A stretch of DNA of 64,000 nucleotides from Scyliorhinus canicula (taxonomy: Eukaryota), in NCBI RefSeq assembly GCF_902713615.1, contig NC_052160.1, positions 139,914,737 to 139,978,736 on the forward strand, written 5' to 3'. The notes beneath the pieces are model-generated. The model saw nothing but the letters and a program-made list of their open reading frames with translations. It was not told the DNA's origin and did not search any database. Position numbers and translations under genes: made by a program. Positions 1 to 12,169 of the stretch are shown piece after piece (position 1 is the stretch's first letter; each line of letters opens with the position of its first letter).

Positions 1-410
1 TACAGATTACAGCTGCTGAACCTTTCAGAACTGAAAGTTGATAAAACTTCGACACACAAAGGGTGGCAGACGTTTGGAACTCTTCTCCACAACTGGCAGT
101 GGCTGCTCGATCAATTGTATATTTTAAATCTGAGATTGATAGACTTTTGTTATCCAAAGATACTAAGGAAATACGTCAAAGGCCGCTATATGGAGATCAC
201 CCACAATCTCATTGACTGGCAGAACCAGCACGAGGGGATTAATGGCCCACTCCTGTTCCTACATTCCGAATGGTGGGAGAGAAACATAATTGAAACATTC
301 ACAGCAAACACCAAGTATTTTGATAGAATTATCGTCTTCTGTGAGGATACATTCAAAGCACATCCAAACTTCAAAACCAAGACTGCTCACAAATTCCTGG
401 CTGACTGGGC

Positions 411-630
411 AACACGGCAGCGCAGCAGTTAGCACTGCTGCCTCACGGCGCCCAGGACCCGGCTTCGATCCTGACCCTGGGTCACTGTCCAAGTTGAGTT
501 TTCACATTCACCCCCTGACTACGTGGGTCTCACCCCCACAAACCAAAGGATCTGCAGGGTAGGTGGATTGGATGTGCTAAATTGCCCCTTAATTGGAAGA
601 AAACAATTGGCTACTCTAAATTTATAATTT
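411..630 (+). mobile_element. V-SINE shared by both arms (copy at about 41940-42150, minus)
   Basis: tRNA-like head and V-core, abutting the exon-1 donor in both arms. Confidence 0.8.
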
Positions 631-642
631 AAAAAACCTTAC

Positions 643-698
643 CTGACTAAACATTCAGAGAGCTGAATGCACGCAAGTGCAATGAGCAACCACTTCAT
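643..698 (-). CDS. Exon 1 of third pepsinogen gene C (MKWLLIALACIQLSECLV-R); rest lies left of the window
   Basis: Same amino acids as gene B exon 1 (one synonymous change), donor AG|GTAAGG. Confidence 0.9.
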
Positions 699-776
699 TT
701 TTGCCTCTTCGAGTAGTTGAAGGAAACCACAAGGAAATGTCAAATTCCAATGTGAATGGGTTCTGGTTGTTGCTGC

Positions 777-783
777 TTTTATA
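777..783 (-). promoter_or_regulatory. TATA box of gene C
   Basis: TATAAAA on the minus strand at the same spacing as in gene B. Confidence 0.78.
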
Positions 784-938
784 GTCATCAGGATCAATCC
801 ATTCCGTGGTCGGCAGATTTGGATAACATATCAGTTGATTAAAAGTTTCTCCACAATGGAAAATGTCTGGGAAATGTCAAACATGATGACCTTGTTGGAA
901 AAGCAGATATTGTTTCCAATTTAGGTAAAGTCAAACTT

Positions 939-1147
939 GCACGGTGGCGCAGTGGTTAGCACTGCTGCCTCACGGCACCGAGGTCCCAGGTTCGATCCCG
1001 GCTCTGGGTCACTATCCGTGTGGAGTTTGCACGTTCTCCCCGTGTTTTCCCCCACAACCCAAAGATGTGCAGGGTAGGTGGATTGGCTATGCTAAATTGC
1101 CCTTAATTGGAAAAAATGAATTAGGTACTCTAAATTTATTTTTAAAA
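939..1147 (+). mobile_element. V-SINE (HE1-like) with 16-bp target-site duplication
   Basis: tRNA-like A/B boxes and V-core; AGGTAAAGTCAAACTT at 923-938 and 1148-1163; absent from the right arm. Confidence 0.88.
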
Positions 1148-1192
1148 AGGTAAAGTCAAACTTTGAAAAGTTACAATTTGTCACATGATTAA

Positions 1193-4100
1193 GGTATAGA
1201 ACCTTAGTTAGGCCACACTTGGAGTATAGTATTCTATTCTGGTCGCCACACTACCAGAAGGATGTGGAGGTTTAGAGAGGGTGCAAAAGAGATTTACCAG
1301 GATGTTGCCTGGTATGGAGGGCATTAACTATGAGGAAAGGTTGAATAAACTTGGTTTGTTCACACTGGAACGAAGGAGGTTGAGGGGCGACCTGACAAAG
1401 GTCCACAAATTTATGAGGGGCATAGGCAGAATGGATAGTCAGAGACTTTTTCCCAGGGTAGAAGGGTCAATTACTAGGGGGCATTGGGTTAAGGTGCACG
1501 GGGCAAAGTTTTGGGAGTTTCTCAAAATGGAGAACTGTGACCAGTGGTGTTCCACAGGGATCTGTGATGGGACCACTGTTCTTTGTTATATACATAAATG
1601 ATCTGGAGGAAGGTATAGGTGGTCTGATTAGCAAGTTTGCAGATAACACTAAGATTGATGCAGTAGCAGATAGTGAAGGGGACTGTCAGAGAATACAGCA
1701 GAATATAGATAGATTGGAGAGTTAGGCGGAGAAATGGCAGAGGGAGTTCAATCCGGGCAAATGCGAGGTGATGCATTTTGGAACATCCAATTCAAGAGAG
1801 AACTATGTGGTAAATGAAAAAGCCCTGGGAAAAATTGATGTACAGAGAGATCTGGGTGTTCAGGTCCATTGTACCCTGAAGGTGGCTGCGCAGGTCGATA
1901 GAGTGGTCAAGAAGGCATACAGCATGCTTTCCTTCATCGGAAGGGGTATTGAGTACAAGAGTTGGCAGGTCATGTTACAGTTGTATAGGACTTTGGTTAG
2001 TCCACATTTGGAATACTGCGTGCAGTTCTAGTCGCCACATTACCAAAAGGATGTGGATGCTTTGGAGAAGGTGCAGAGGAGGTTCAGCAGGGTGTTGCCT
2101 GGTATGGAGGGTGCTAGTTATGAAGAGAGGTTGAGTAGATTAGGATTATTTTCATTAGAAAGATGGAGGTTGAGGTCTACAAAATCATGAGAGGTATAGA
2201 GAAGGTGGATAGCAAGAAGCTTTTTCCCAGAGTGGGGCCTCAATTACTTGGGGTCATGAGTTCAAGGTGAGAGGGAAAAAGTTTAAGGGAGATGTGCGTG
2301 GAAAGTTCTTTACGTAGAGGGTGGTGGGTGCCTGGAACGCATTGCCGGCGGAGGTGGTAGAGGCGGGCACGATAGCATCATTTAAGATGTATCTAGACAG
2401 ATACATGAATGGGCAGGGAGAAGAGGGATACAGATCCTTAGAAAATAGGTGACAGTTTTAGATAGAGGATCTATCTAATCTGCAGAACGTTTGAGGTGAG
2501 GGACGCCATCAGTGTACCTGCTGTTTTCACCTGTGGGAAGTGCACCCATCTCCAGCTCCTCAGAAACTGCATTAGGGAACTGGAGCTGGAGCTGGATGAA
2601 CTTCGAATCATTCTGGAGGCAGAGGTGGTCATAGATAGTAGCTTCAAGGATATAGTTACTCCGAAGAATCAAGATAGATGGGTGATGGTGAGAGGGGCTG
2701 GGAGGAAGCAGTCAGTTCAGGGATCCTCTGTGGTCGTTCCCCTCAGTAACAAGTATACCGTTTTGGATACTGCTGAGGGGGACGACCTACCAGGGCTAAG
2801 CCACGGTGAACGGATATCCAGCACTGAGTCCATCCCTGTGCCTCAGAAGGGAAGGAGGGAGAGCAGGAGAGTAATAGTTATTGAGGACTCGATAGTTAGA
2901 GGGACAGATAGGCTGTTCTGTGGCAACAAAAGAGACTCATGGATGGTATGTTGCCTCTCGGGTGCCAGGGTCCGTGACGTCTCGGAACATGTTTTCAGTA
3001 ACCTTAAGGGGGAGGGGGAACAGTCACAAGTCATGGTACACATCTGTACCAACGACATAGGCAAGAGAAGGGACGGGGGTTTAAAATAGGAATTTAGGGA
3101 GCTAGGGTGGAAGCTGAGAGCCAGGACAAACCATGTTGTCATCTCTGGTTTTTGCCGGTGCCACGTGCTAGTGAGGTAAGGAACAGGGAGAGAGTGCAGA
3201 TAAACACGTGGCTGCAGGGATGGTGTAGGAGGGAGGGTTTTAGGTACGTGGATAATTGGAGCACATTCTGGGGAAGGTGGGACCTGTACAGACAGGACGG
3301 TTTGCACCTGAACCAGAGGGGCACCAATATCCTGGGAGGGAAATTTGCTGCGGCTCTTCGGGGGGGGGTTTAAACTAATTTGTCAGGGGCCCTGAAAATG
3401 AGCTGTATTCCAGAAGCCAGTGTTGAGAGTAGTGAGGTACTGAGGAGGGTATCAAGGTCGCAGGAGTGTACTGCAGATAAAAAGGTGGGTTGAAGATGTC
3501 TACTTCAATGCAAGCAGCATCCAGAATAAGGTAGATGAACTTGGAGCATGGATTGGTATTTGGGACTACGATGTTGTGGCCATTACGGAGACATGGTTCG
3601 AACAGGCACAGGAATGGTTGTTGGAAGTTCCGGGGTATAGATGTTTCAGTAAGAGTAGGGAAGGTGGTAAAAGAGGTGGAGGGGTAGCATTGTTAATTAA
3701 GGATAGTTTAACGGCTGCAGAAAGGCAGTTCGAAGGGGATCTGCCTACTGAGGTAATATGGGCTGAGGTTAAAATAGGAAAGGAGCAGTTACATTGTTAG
3801 GAGTTTTCTATAGGCCCCGAAATAGTAATAGTGGAAAAAGATATTGCAAAACCGATTATGGTAGGTGTGGAGGTCTCAGGGTAGCTGGCATGGGTGACTT
3901 TAACTTTCCAAATATTGATTGGAACCTCTATAGGTTGAACAGTTCAGATGGGGCAGTTTTTGTACAGTGTGTGCAGGAGTGTTTCCTGACACAACATGTG
4001 GATAGGCCGATAGGAGGGGGGGGGGGGGCCACATTGGATTTGGTACTGGGTAATGAACCGGGCAAAGTTTTAGATTTGTTTGTGGGAGAGCACTTTGGAG

Positions 4101-6590
4101 ATAGTGACCACAATTTGGTGTCTTTCACTATTGCAATGGAGAGGGATAGGGCCATATGGCAGGGCAAGGTTTATAATTGGGGGAGGGGTAATTATGATGT
4201 GATTAGGCAAGAATTAGGGAGCATAAGGTGGGAACAGAAACTGTCAGAGAAAGGCACAAATGAAAAGTGGAGCTTGTTCAAGGAACAAATACTGCGTGTC
4301 CTTGATAGGTATGTCCCTGTCAGGCAGAGAGGAAATGGCCGTGTGAGGGAACCACGGTTCACAAAAGAGGTTGAATGTCTTGTCAAGAGGAAAAAGGAAG
4401 AGTATGTAAGGATGAGAAAACAAGGTTCAGTTGGGCCGCTGGAGGGTTACAAGGTAGCAAGGAATGAGCTAAAAAAAAGGGCTTAGGAGAGCTAGGAGGT
4501 GGCATGAGAAGTCCTTGGCGGGCCGGATCAAGGAAAACCCCAAGGCTTTTTACTCTTATGTGAGAAATAAAAGAATGACCAGGGTGAGGTTAGGGCGGGT
4601 CAAGGACAGTAGTGGGAACTTGTGCATGGAGTCAGAAGAAATGGGAGAGGCGTTGAATGAATACTTTTCTTCAGTGTTCACCAAGGAGAGGGGCCATGTT
4701 TTTGAGGATGAGAGTGTGATACAGGCGGGTAGGCTGGAGGAGGTAGATGTTCTGAGGAAGGATGTATTAGCAATTTTGAAAAACCTGAGGGTCGACAAGT
4801 CCCTTGGGCCAGATGGGATATATCCAAGGATTCTTTGGGAGGCAAGGGATGAGATTGCAGAGCCTTTGGCTTTGATCTTTGGGTCCTCACTGTCCACGGG
4901 GATAGTGCCAGAGGACTGGAGAGTGGTGAATGTTGTTCCTCTGTTCAAGAAAGGGAATAGGAATGAGCCTGGTAATTATAGGCCAGTCAGCCTTACTTCG
5001 GTGGTCGGTAAGTTAATGGAAAAGGTCTTGAAGGATAGGATTTATGACCATTTGGAAAGATGCAGCCTAATCTGAGATAGTCAACACAGATTCGTGAAGG
5101 GTACGTCTTGCCTCACAAATTTGATTGAATTCTTTGAGGAGGTAACTAAGTGTGTCGATGAAGGTAGAGCAGTTGATGTCGTATAAATGGATTTTAGTAA
5201 GGCATTGATAAAGTTCCCCATGGTCGACTCATGAAGAAAGTAAGGAGGTGTGGGATAGAGGGAAATTTGGAAACAGGGATCAGTGCTGGGTCCTCTACTA
5301 TTTGTGATTTTTATCAATGACTTGGAGGAGGGGGTTGAAGGGTGGGTCAATAAATTTGCTGATGATACCAAGATTGGTGGAGTAGTGGATGAGGTGGAGG
5401 GCTGTTGTCGGCTGCAAAGAGACATTAATAGGATGCAGAGCTGGGCCGAAAAATGGCAGATGGAGTTTAACCCTGATAAGTGCGAGGTGATTCAATTTGG
5501 TTGAAAAAATTTGAATGCAGATTACAGGGTCAATGGCAGGGTTCTGAGGAATATGGAGGAACAGAGAGATCTTGGGGTTCATGTCCACAGATCTCTGAAG
5601 GTTGCCACTCAAGTGGATAGAGCCGTGAAAAAGGCCTATAGTGTGTTAGCGTTTATTAACAAGGGGCTTGAGTTTAAGAGCTGTGAGGTTATGCTGCAAC
5701 TATACATGACCCTGGTGAGACCACATTTGGAGTATTGTGTGCAGTTCTGGTCACCTCATCATAGGAAGGATGTGGAAGCATTGGAAAGGGTGCAAAGGAG
5801 ATTTACCAGGATGCTGCCTGGTTTGCAGGATAGGTCTTATGAGGAAAGGTTGAGGGAGCTAGGGCTTTTCTCTTTGGAGCGGAGGAGGATGAGAGGCGAC
5901 TTAATAGAGGTTTATAAGATGATGATGGGGATAGATAGAGTGGACGTTCAGAGACTATTTCCTCGGGTGGATGTAGCTGTTACAAGGAGGCATAACTATA
6001 AGGTTCAGGGTGGGAGATATAGGAGGGATGTCCAAGGTAGGTTCTTTACTCAGAGAGTAGTTAGGGTGTGGAATGGACTGCCTGCTGTGATAGTTGAGTC
6101 GTACACTTTAGGAACTTTCAAACGGTTATTGGATAGACACATGGAGCGCACCAGAATGACAGGGAGTGGGATAGCTTGATCTTGGTTTCGGACAATGCTC
6201 GGCACAACATTGAGGGCCAAAGGGCCTGCTCTGTGCTGTACTGTTCTATGCTCTATCTGGATCGGAGCAGGCGTGGAGGGCCGAAGGGCCTGTTCCTGTG
6301 CTGTAATTTTTCTTTGTTCTTCTTTAGAGAAGATGAACGAGGCATGTTTTTTACACAGAGTGTAGTGGGTGCCTGGAACTCGCTGCCGGAGGAGGTGGTG
6401 GAAGCTGGGACGATGTTGACGATTAAGGGGCATCTTGACAAATACATGAATCGGATGGGAATACGAATAGGGATACGGACCCCGGAAGCATAGAAGATTT
6501 TAGTTTAGACGGGCAGCATGGTCAGCGCAGGCTTGGAGGGCCGAAGGGCCTGTTCCTGGGCTGTACTTTCCTTTGTTCTTTGTTCTTTGT
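1193..6590 (+). mobile_element. Triple-nested CR1 LINE cluster
   Basis: Outer 3' fragment 1193-1510 continues at 6323-6590; middle element 1511-2474 continues at about 6255-6322; inner element about 2476-6254. Confidence 0.85.
2476..6254 (+). mobile_element. Near full-length degenerate CR1 LINE (ORF1 with esterase-like domain; ORF2 endonuclease-RT)
   Basis: ORF1 CxxC, (G)DSIVRG, HIxTND, DGLH. ORF2 AITETW, GDFNFP, SDH, PEDW..NV.PLFKKG, FADDTK, RPHLEYC. Stops, frameshifts and an internal deletion near 5270. Confidence 0.92.
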
Positions 6591-6704
6591 ATTAAATGTT
6601 AACGGTACCTATTAATGCAATTGTAACCAACAAAGAAATCAAAACTCTATTTACAAACCCATGAAAAATGATTAGTGTAGTTACTTGGGGTGTTGAAGCT
6701 TGTG

Positions 6705-6885
6705 CATTTTGCCTCAGGTACTGATAAGCAATGAATTACTGTCTGGATGACATTGAGCTTATTTGTATATGGCAGGTCAGCTGCTGTGTAAGTTGTCCAT
6801 TGAGTGGGAAAAACTCACAGTGTGGAGATGGCACCTGGACGGTATAAACACGGAGCACACAATCTGTAATCAACAATCGTTTAAG
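6705..6885. promoter_or_regulatory. Candidate enhancer, left-arm copy
   Basis: Reverse complement of 37187-37367. Confidence 0.5.
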
Positions 6886-7296
6886 ATTTGGTGATTTGTG
6901 TATTGGACTAGACCACATGTAGTTCCATAACCTCTTTTCTGTTCTGTCAGGGTCAGGAATGGAATGATTGGCTCTGAATGTTGCTGCAACAATAGAATGA
7001 GCCTGCTGTCTTCATCACCAGAATCCTTTGTTAAAGATTGGATTGAGTGATACACGTTTTGGAAAGCCATTGATGCGATAAACAGATGATCCAAACATCA
7101 TGGTGGATGCTGTCGACACCACCGGCGCACTATGGCCAGGTTGTCTTCTAGCGGCAAGATGACCTGCAGCAACTCATCAAGGATTTTTCAAGGATATTTT
7201 CCAAACTGGCAATCTCTGCAACCTAGAAGAACAAGGGCAAGTGATGAGATGAAACACCACCATCTGCACGTTCCTCTGCAACAGATACAGATTCAG

Positions 7297-7942
7297 GCGG
7301 CTGGATTCTATGCATCCCAATGCCCAAATCACGCTCGTTGACAGGGCTGATAATCCGTTTTCCCGCACGTAATCGTGTCCGGTGCCGGTTCAGCGATTCT
7401 CCGCCTCTGAAAAGCAGCATACACGGGGGATTACACCGCACCACGTATCCACCGCCTCAGGCCATTGCCAGAGGCCCGCCCCGCTATTCTCTGTCCCTGA
7501 CTGGCCGAATTCCCGACGGCGTACCTCTAATGTGGTCCCAGCATTTCGGGAAGCTCGCGAGGTGGCTGCGGATTCAGTCGGGGGCGGACTGATTGGAGGG
7601 CGGGGGGGGGGGGGGGGGCTCATTCGGGACTGGGGGCTATGTGTGCGGGTGTTCTGGGTCGGGCGAGCAGCCAATCGGGGTCACTATTTCCGCGGTCCAG
7701 GTCCGTGGGCTGTGTCCACATGGGGCACGGTGCGGCTCCTGGATGCCGCCGCCATGCGCATGCGCGACCTCTGACCCGGATGTGCGGGGGGCCATATTGG
7801 CTGCGAGCTCGGAGACAGCTGCCTGCTAGACCCCTGCAAGGCTGTGAATATGTGGCCTTTTGACGCCAGTTTTCCTGGCGCAAAAACCCACAGTTTTCAC
7901 TACGGCTTGGGGACATAGTCCTTGAAACGGAGAATCCAGCCC
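7297..7942. mobile_element. GC-rich MITE / non-autonomous DNA transposon (PIF/Harbinger-like)
   Basis: Terminal inverted repeats GGCTGGATTCT...AGAATCCAGCC; absent from the right arm. Related pieces near 8350-8537, 18609-18812, 23003-23460, 35660-35850 and 46288-46432. Confidence 0.65.
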
Positions 7943-8734
7943 AGAGTTTCTGTCCTTTTACCATTTTTGAATTCTCCGGCCTTAGCTGCTGATGCTCTCT
8001 TAAGTTTGTATGTCAGTCCCTCCCCTGGATACTCTACATGTCATTATCCAAATTGTTGTGTCCCTTTGATTTACTACACTGACTCTGGCATGATTCCTTC
8101 CCCCTTGTATTGAGTTTCAAGCTCTTTCTGCCACCTTGGTTATATGACTCACCAGAACGCTGGTTCCAGCCTGGTTTCCGTGAAGACTGTCCCAATGGTC
8201 CCGCTCCCATTTCCCCCCGGATGGATGCCAGTGCCTCATGATCAAAAACCCATTTCGCTCACACCAATCTTTGAGCCGTACATTCATCTCTCTAATCCGA
8301 TTTTCCCAACACCAGTTTGCTGGTGGCCGAGGTAATAATCCAGAGATCATGGACAGGATTCACAATCGGCGGGATCCTCCATTTTGCCAGTAACGCACAC
8401 ACGCCCGCGGATTTCTAGATGGCTTGGAGCTGCCCACAATGGGTAACCCCATTGGCTGGCTGCAGGGACGGAGAATCCCGCTGCCAGAGGGGGCACGTCG
8501 CCCCAGAAAATGGGTGCAGCGGAATGGAGAATCACACCGCATTTCTTTTGAGGTTCGACTATTGAATTGACCCCTTAGCTGGTCATACACTCTAGTCCTA
8601 TCTATGCGTGTAACACAGCCAACATGTCCCTCCCCAGCACAGAGCAGATATCCTGCACCCTGCCACTGCACAGGCAACAGAACCATCTGGACCATTACTC
8701 GGTTTCAGAGAATCCCTGATATAGCGCGCTCAAC

Positions 8735-8832
8735 AACTCAGGTGATTCACCTGAGGAAGGAGCAGTGCTCCGAAAGCTAGTGTTTGAAACAAACCTGTTG
8801 GACTTTAACCTGGTGTTGTAAGACTTCTTACT
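8735..8832 (+). mobile_element. Penelope-like terminal fragment with inverted 5' piece
   Basis: CTCAGGTGA-T-TCACCTGAG inversion, then hammerhead motif and an AAACCTGTTGGACTTTAACCTGGTGTTG tail. Confidence 0.6.
8748..8782 (+). ncRNA. Minimal type-I hammerhead ribozyme motif
   Basis: CAC-CTGAGGA-A-GGAGC agt GCTCC-GAAA-GC-TA-GTG. Confidence 0.6.
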
Positions 8833-9563
8833 TAGGTGAATTGGACATTCTGAATTCTCCCTCAGTGTACCCGAACAGGCGCCGGAAAGTGGCGACTAGG
8901 GGATTTTCACAGCAACTTCATTACAGTGTTAATGTAAGCCTACTTGTGACAATGAAGATTATTATTATTTATTGTGTACTCCCTACAACTGTTTGGCCTC
9001 CCTAAATGCTGACCTCACACTTCTCTGTGTTAAAATCCATCTGCCACTTTATTGCCCATTCCACCAACCCATCTATATCGTTTTGGAGATTTTTGCTATC
9101 CTCTACACTATCCACCAATCAGCCAATCTTTGTGTTATCTGCACATTTCCCAATCGTGGTCCCACGTTCACATACAGATCGGTCATTAATATATAACACA
9201 AACAGAAAGGGTCCCAACACCATGTCCCAAGGAACACCACTTGAAATAACTTTCCATTCACAAGGGCATTTTCTGTGAGGGTCAGGAAGGATCCAGCACA
9301 AGTTTGTAAAGTCAAACAGAAGAAACTTCATTTCCAACAATATGTACACAGGCCCAATAGTTTTAACTGGTCCCCTCTCTAGCCGGCACCACTCTGGCCA
9401 GCTCTATTTTTCCAGCTGTACTGCTAATGATTGCTCCCCCTCCCCTCTTTGGGGAAGCTCATATTGCTCAAGTAACACGGGGGAACCAGTTGTCCCCAGC
9501 CAATAGGATCTGGGTAGGTTATAACAGCATTCATCGACCATTACCCATTGTTTCCAGTTACTG

Positions 9564-10597
9564 TCGAGTGAGGGACATGCCAAGTGAGGGGTATGCCAAG
9601 TGAGGGGTATGCCGACTGAGGGGTATGCCTAGTGAGGGGTATGCCGAGTGAGGGGTATGCCGAGTGAGGGGTATGCCAAGTGACCGGTATGCCAAGTGAG
9701 GGACATGCCGAGTGAGGGGTATGCCGAATGAGGGGTATGCCGAGTGAGGGGTATGCCGAGTGAGGGGTATGCCGAGTGAGGGGTATGCCGAGTGAGGGGT
9801 ATGCCAAGTGAACGGTATGCCGAATGAGGGGTATGCCGAGTGAGGGGTATGCCGAATGAGGGGTATGCCGAGTGAGGGACATGCCGAGTGAGGGGTATGC
9901 CGAGTGAGGGGTATGCCGAGTGAGGGGTATGCCGAGTGAGGGGTATGCCGAGTGAGGGGTATGCCGAGTGAGGGACATGCCGAGTGACTGGTATGCCGAG
10001 TGAGGGACATGCCGAATGAGGGGTATGCCAAGTGAGGGGTATGCCGAGTGAGGGGTATGCCGAGTGAGGGGTATGCCGAATGAGGGGTATGCCGAGTGAG
10101 GGACATGCCGAGTGAGGGGTATGCTGAGTGAGGGGTATGCCGAGTGAGGGGTATGCCGAGTGAGGGGTATGCCGAGTGAGGGGTATGCCGAGTGAGGGAT
10201 GTGCCGAGTGAGGGGTATGCCGAGTGAGGGGTATGCCGAGTGAGGGGTATGCCGAGTGAGGGGTATGCCGAGTGAGGGGTATGCCGAGTGAGGGACATGC
10301 CGAGTGACTGGTATGCCGAGTGAGGGACATGCCGAATGAGGGGTATGCCAAGTGAGGGGTATGCCAAGTGAGGGGTATGCCAAGTGACTGGTATACCGAG
10401 TGAGGGACATGCCGAATGACAGATATGCCGAGAGAGGGGTATGCCGAGTGAAGGTTATGGCGAGTAAGGAGTATGCCGAGCGAGGGACATGCCTAGTGAG
10501 GGACCTGCCGAATGAGGGATATGGCGAGTGAGGGGTATGCCGAGTGAGGGATGTGCTGAGTGAGGGGAAAGCAAAGTGAGGGACATGCCGAGTGAGG
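9564..10597 (+). repeat. 16-bp minisatellite (ATGCCGAGTGAGGGGT)n, about 64 units
   Basis: Directly visible; 16-aa periodicity in all three minus-strand frames. Confidence 0.97.
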
Positions 10598-12169
10598 CCA
10601 TTATTAATGGGGGTGGCGGGCCCAGTGACAGTTAATTTTGGCCACAGCTCCTGCTGACCACTGAAGCCGGTTCGCCCACTGTTTGTGGCAGTGTCAGTGG
10701 GACTGCTGTTGCCAGTGTTAATCCTGACCAATTATAACCCATATTTGTACCGGGTACTATTCAATGCAGAGCTCCTAAGAAAGAAAATGTCTCCAATTCC
10801 ATGGTGCCAAAGTTAGTTGAACCTGTAATTTTCTGGCTGTTTGGAATGAATAAACTTGTAACGATTTTCCTGAAACCCACGGTGGCCAATCATCCCGAGA
10901 TTCTGTGGCCACTTCTTTATGAACCACTTTCCTGTTGGGGCTAATTCGGAGGCCAGTGAGTGTTGCAATATGCCTTTAAGAGATTGCAATATCACATCAC
11001 AAAAAGCAAGTGTGCCGTGCAATCCAGTTTTAGCTTAACTTTTCTATTTAAGTAGAACTCACAGGCAGCACTGCAGTTGGTGTTTTCCACCTTTCCCTCC
11101 ATGTCTATCGGTACACATGTGCCTGGAGTTAATAAATGGCCCCACAACGTGTTTGCACAAGGCATTATGGGCAAATCGTGCATTTTCTGTCATCACAACA
11201 AACATGACAGTGGGTTTTCTGAGGGCGGGAGCACAGGCCTCCAAGATGTTGCCGTAAATTGTAACACTCTGGTGGGCTGGTGAATCTGGGACTTTAGCAA
11301 TGCAGCCGATTGAAGCAGGATTCATCTCCGAAACCTCAAACTTGCTCAGAGAGTGTCAGCCAAGGCTCAGTGGTGGAAGAATATTGATATGGTTTCACAT
11401 GACTTTTTTTCTGTATGTTAGACAGTGTTGGTATACATTTTGACTTTCTAAAGCTTGTATTCCCCCTTAGTTGTGAGTTATGTGAATGAAAGCTTTTGAG
11501 ATGCATTCACCAGAGTTGTGGTGCGGGGGGAGGGGTTGTGCAGGGTGGGGGCTAGTGGCTAGTGTTGTGTGTGGGTGGGTGGGGTAGGGGGGCTAGTGTT
11601 AGGCCTGGCAATATAAAAGGGATTGTGCTGCTCTGAGAAAAACACGATAGAAATGAAAGTTATTTTTTCTTTAGTTTGTTAATTCTCATGCCTGACATTT
11701 TTACCGAGGAGAAACAATAAGTGATAGAATTAAACAGACCCTCAGCATGAATATGTCAAACATGTTCACATATGGATGGACTGCTTTGTGATGAGGGGAC
11801 TGAACAGCTTCTGCTGGGAGTGGGAACACGAGATTGACTTTTTCCTCGCGATGGAAGGAATTGACTGAAGGATGTTGCACATGCAGCATATGGCAAGAGG
11901 TGATTACAGCTGTAAATTCCAACAGTACTGCCCACTAGTGATGGATATTGTTCAGAAAGGAAGCACATATCAAGCTGGGCGCAAACCCCTTGACACCAAT
12001 CTGGTACATCCTATCCCGCCATGGCGTGTCCTCCCTCTAATTAGATGCTGCAAGTCTACTGAGTGTCTTATCCATTTTGGAACATTTCTATAGTTGTAAT
12101 CTACATACACTCCACGGGCAATAGACACAAGCACAAACTGCTACTTCATTCCAACTCCTTACGTTTTAA

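Larger units (their letters stand above)
1..9105. repeat. Left arm of inverted segmental duplication (extends beyond the window)
   Basis: Reverse complement matches about 33925-43219 colinearly: pos 1 = 43219; 643-930 = about 41640-41930; 6591-7290 = about 36430-37458; 7945-8720 = about 35440-36430; 8972-9105 = about 33925-34060. Confidence 0.9.

Noticed and set aside
2496-6179. CR1 ORFs as functional genes
   Set aside because: Multiple stops and frameshifts and an internal RT deletion near 5270.
9541-10731. 396/269/240-aa repetitive ORFs, and a CRISPR-like reading of the array
   Set aside because: A pure 16-bp tandem repeat with no unique spacers and no cas genes, in a vertebrate context.
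11872-12093. Possible decayed retroviral integrase (LH..H...DIV...HPIPPW)
   Set aside because: Resemblance is weak, the Cys pair and DDE core are not recoverable, and it needs an HMM search.
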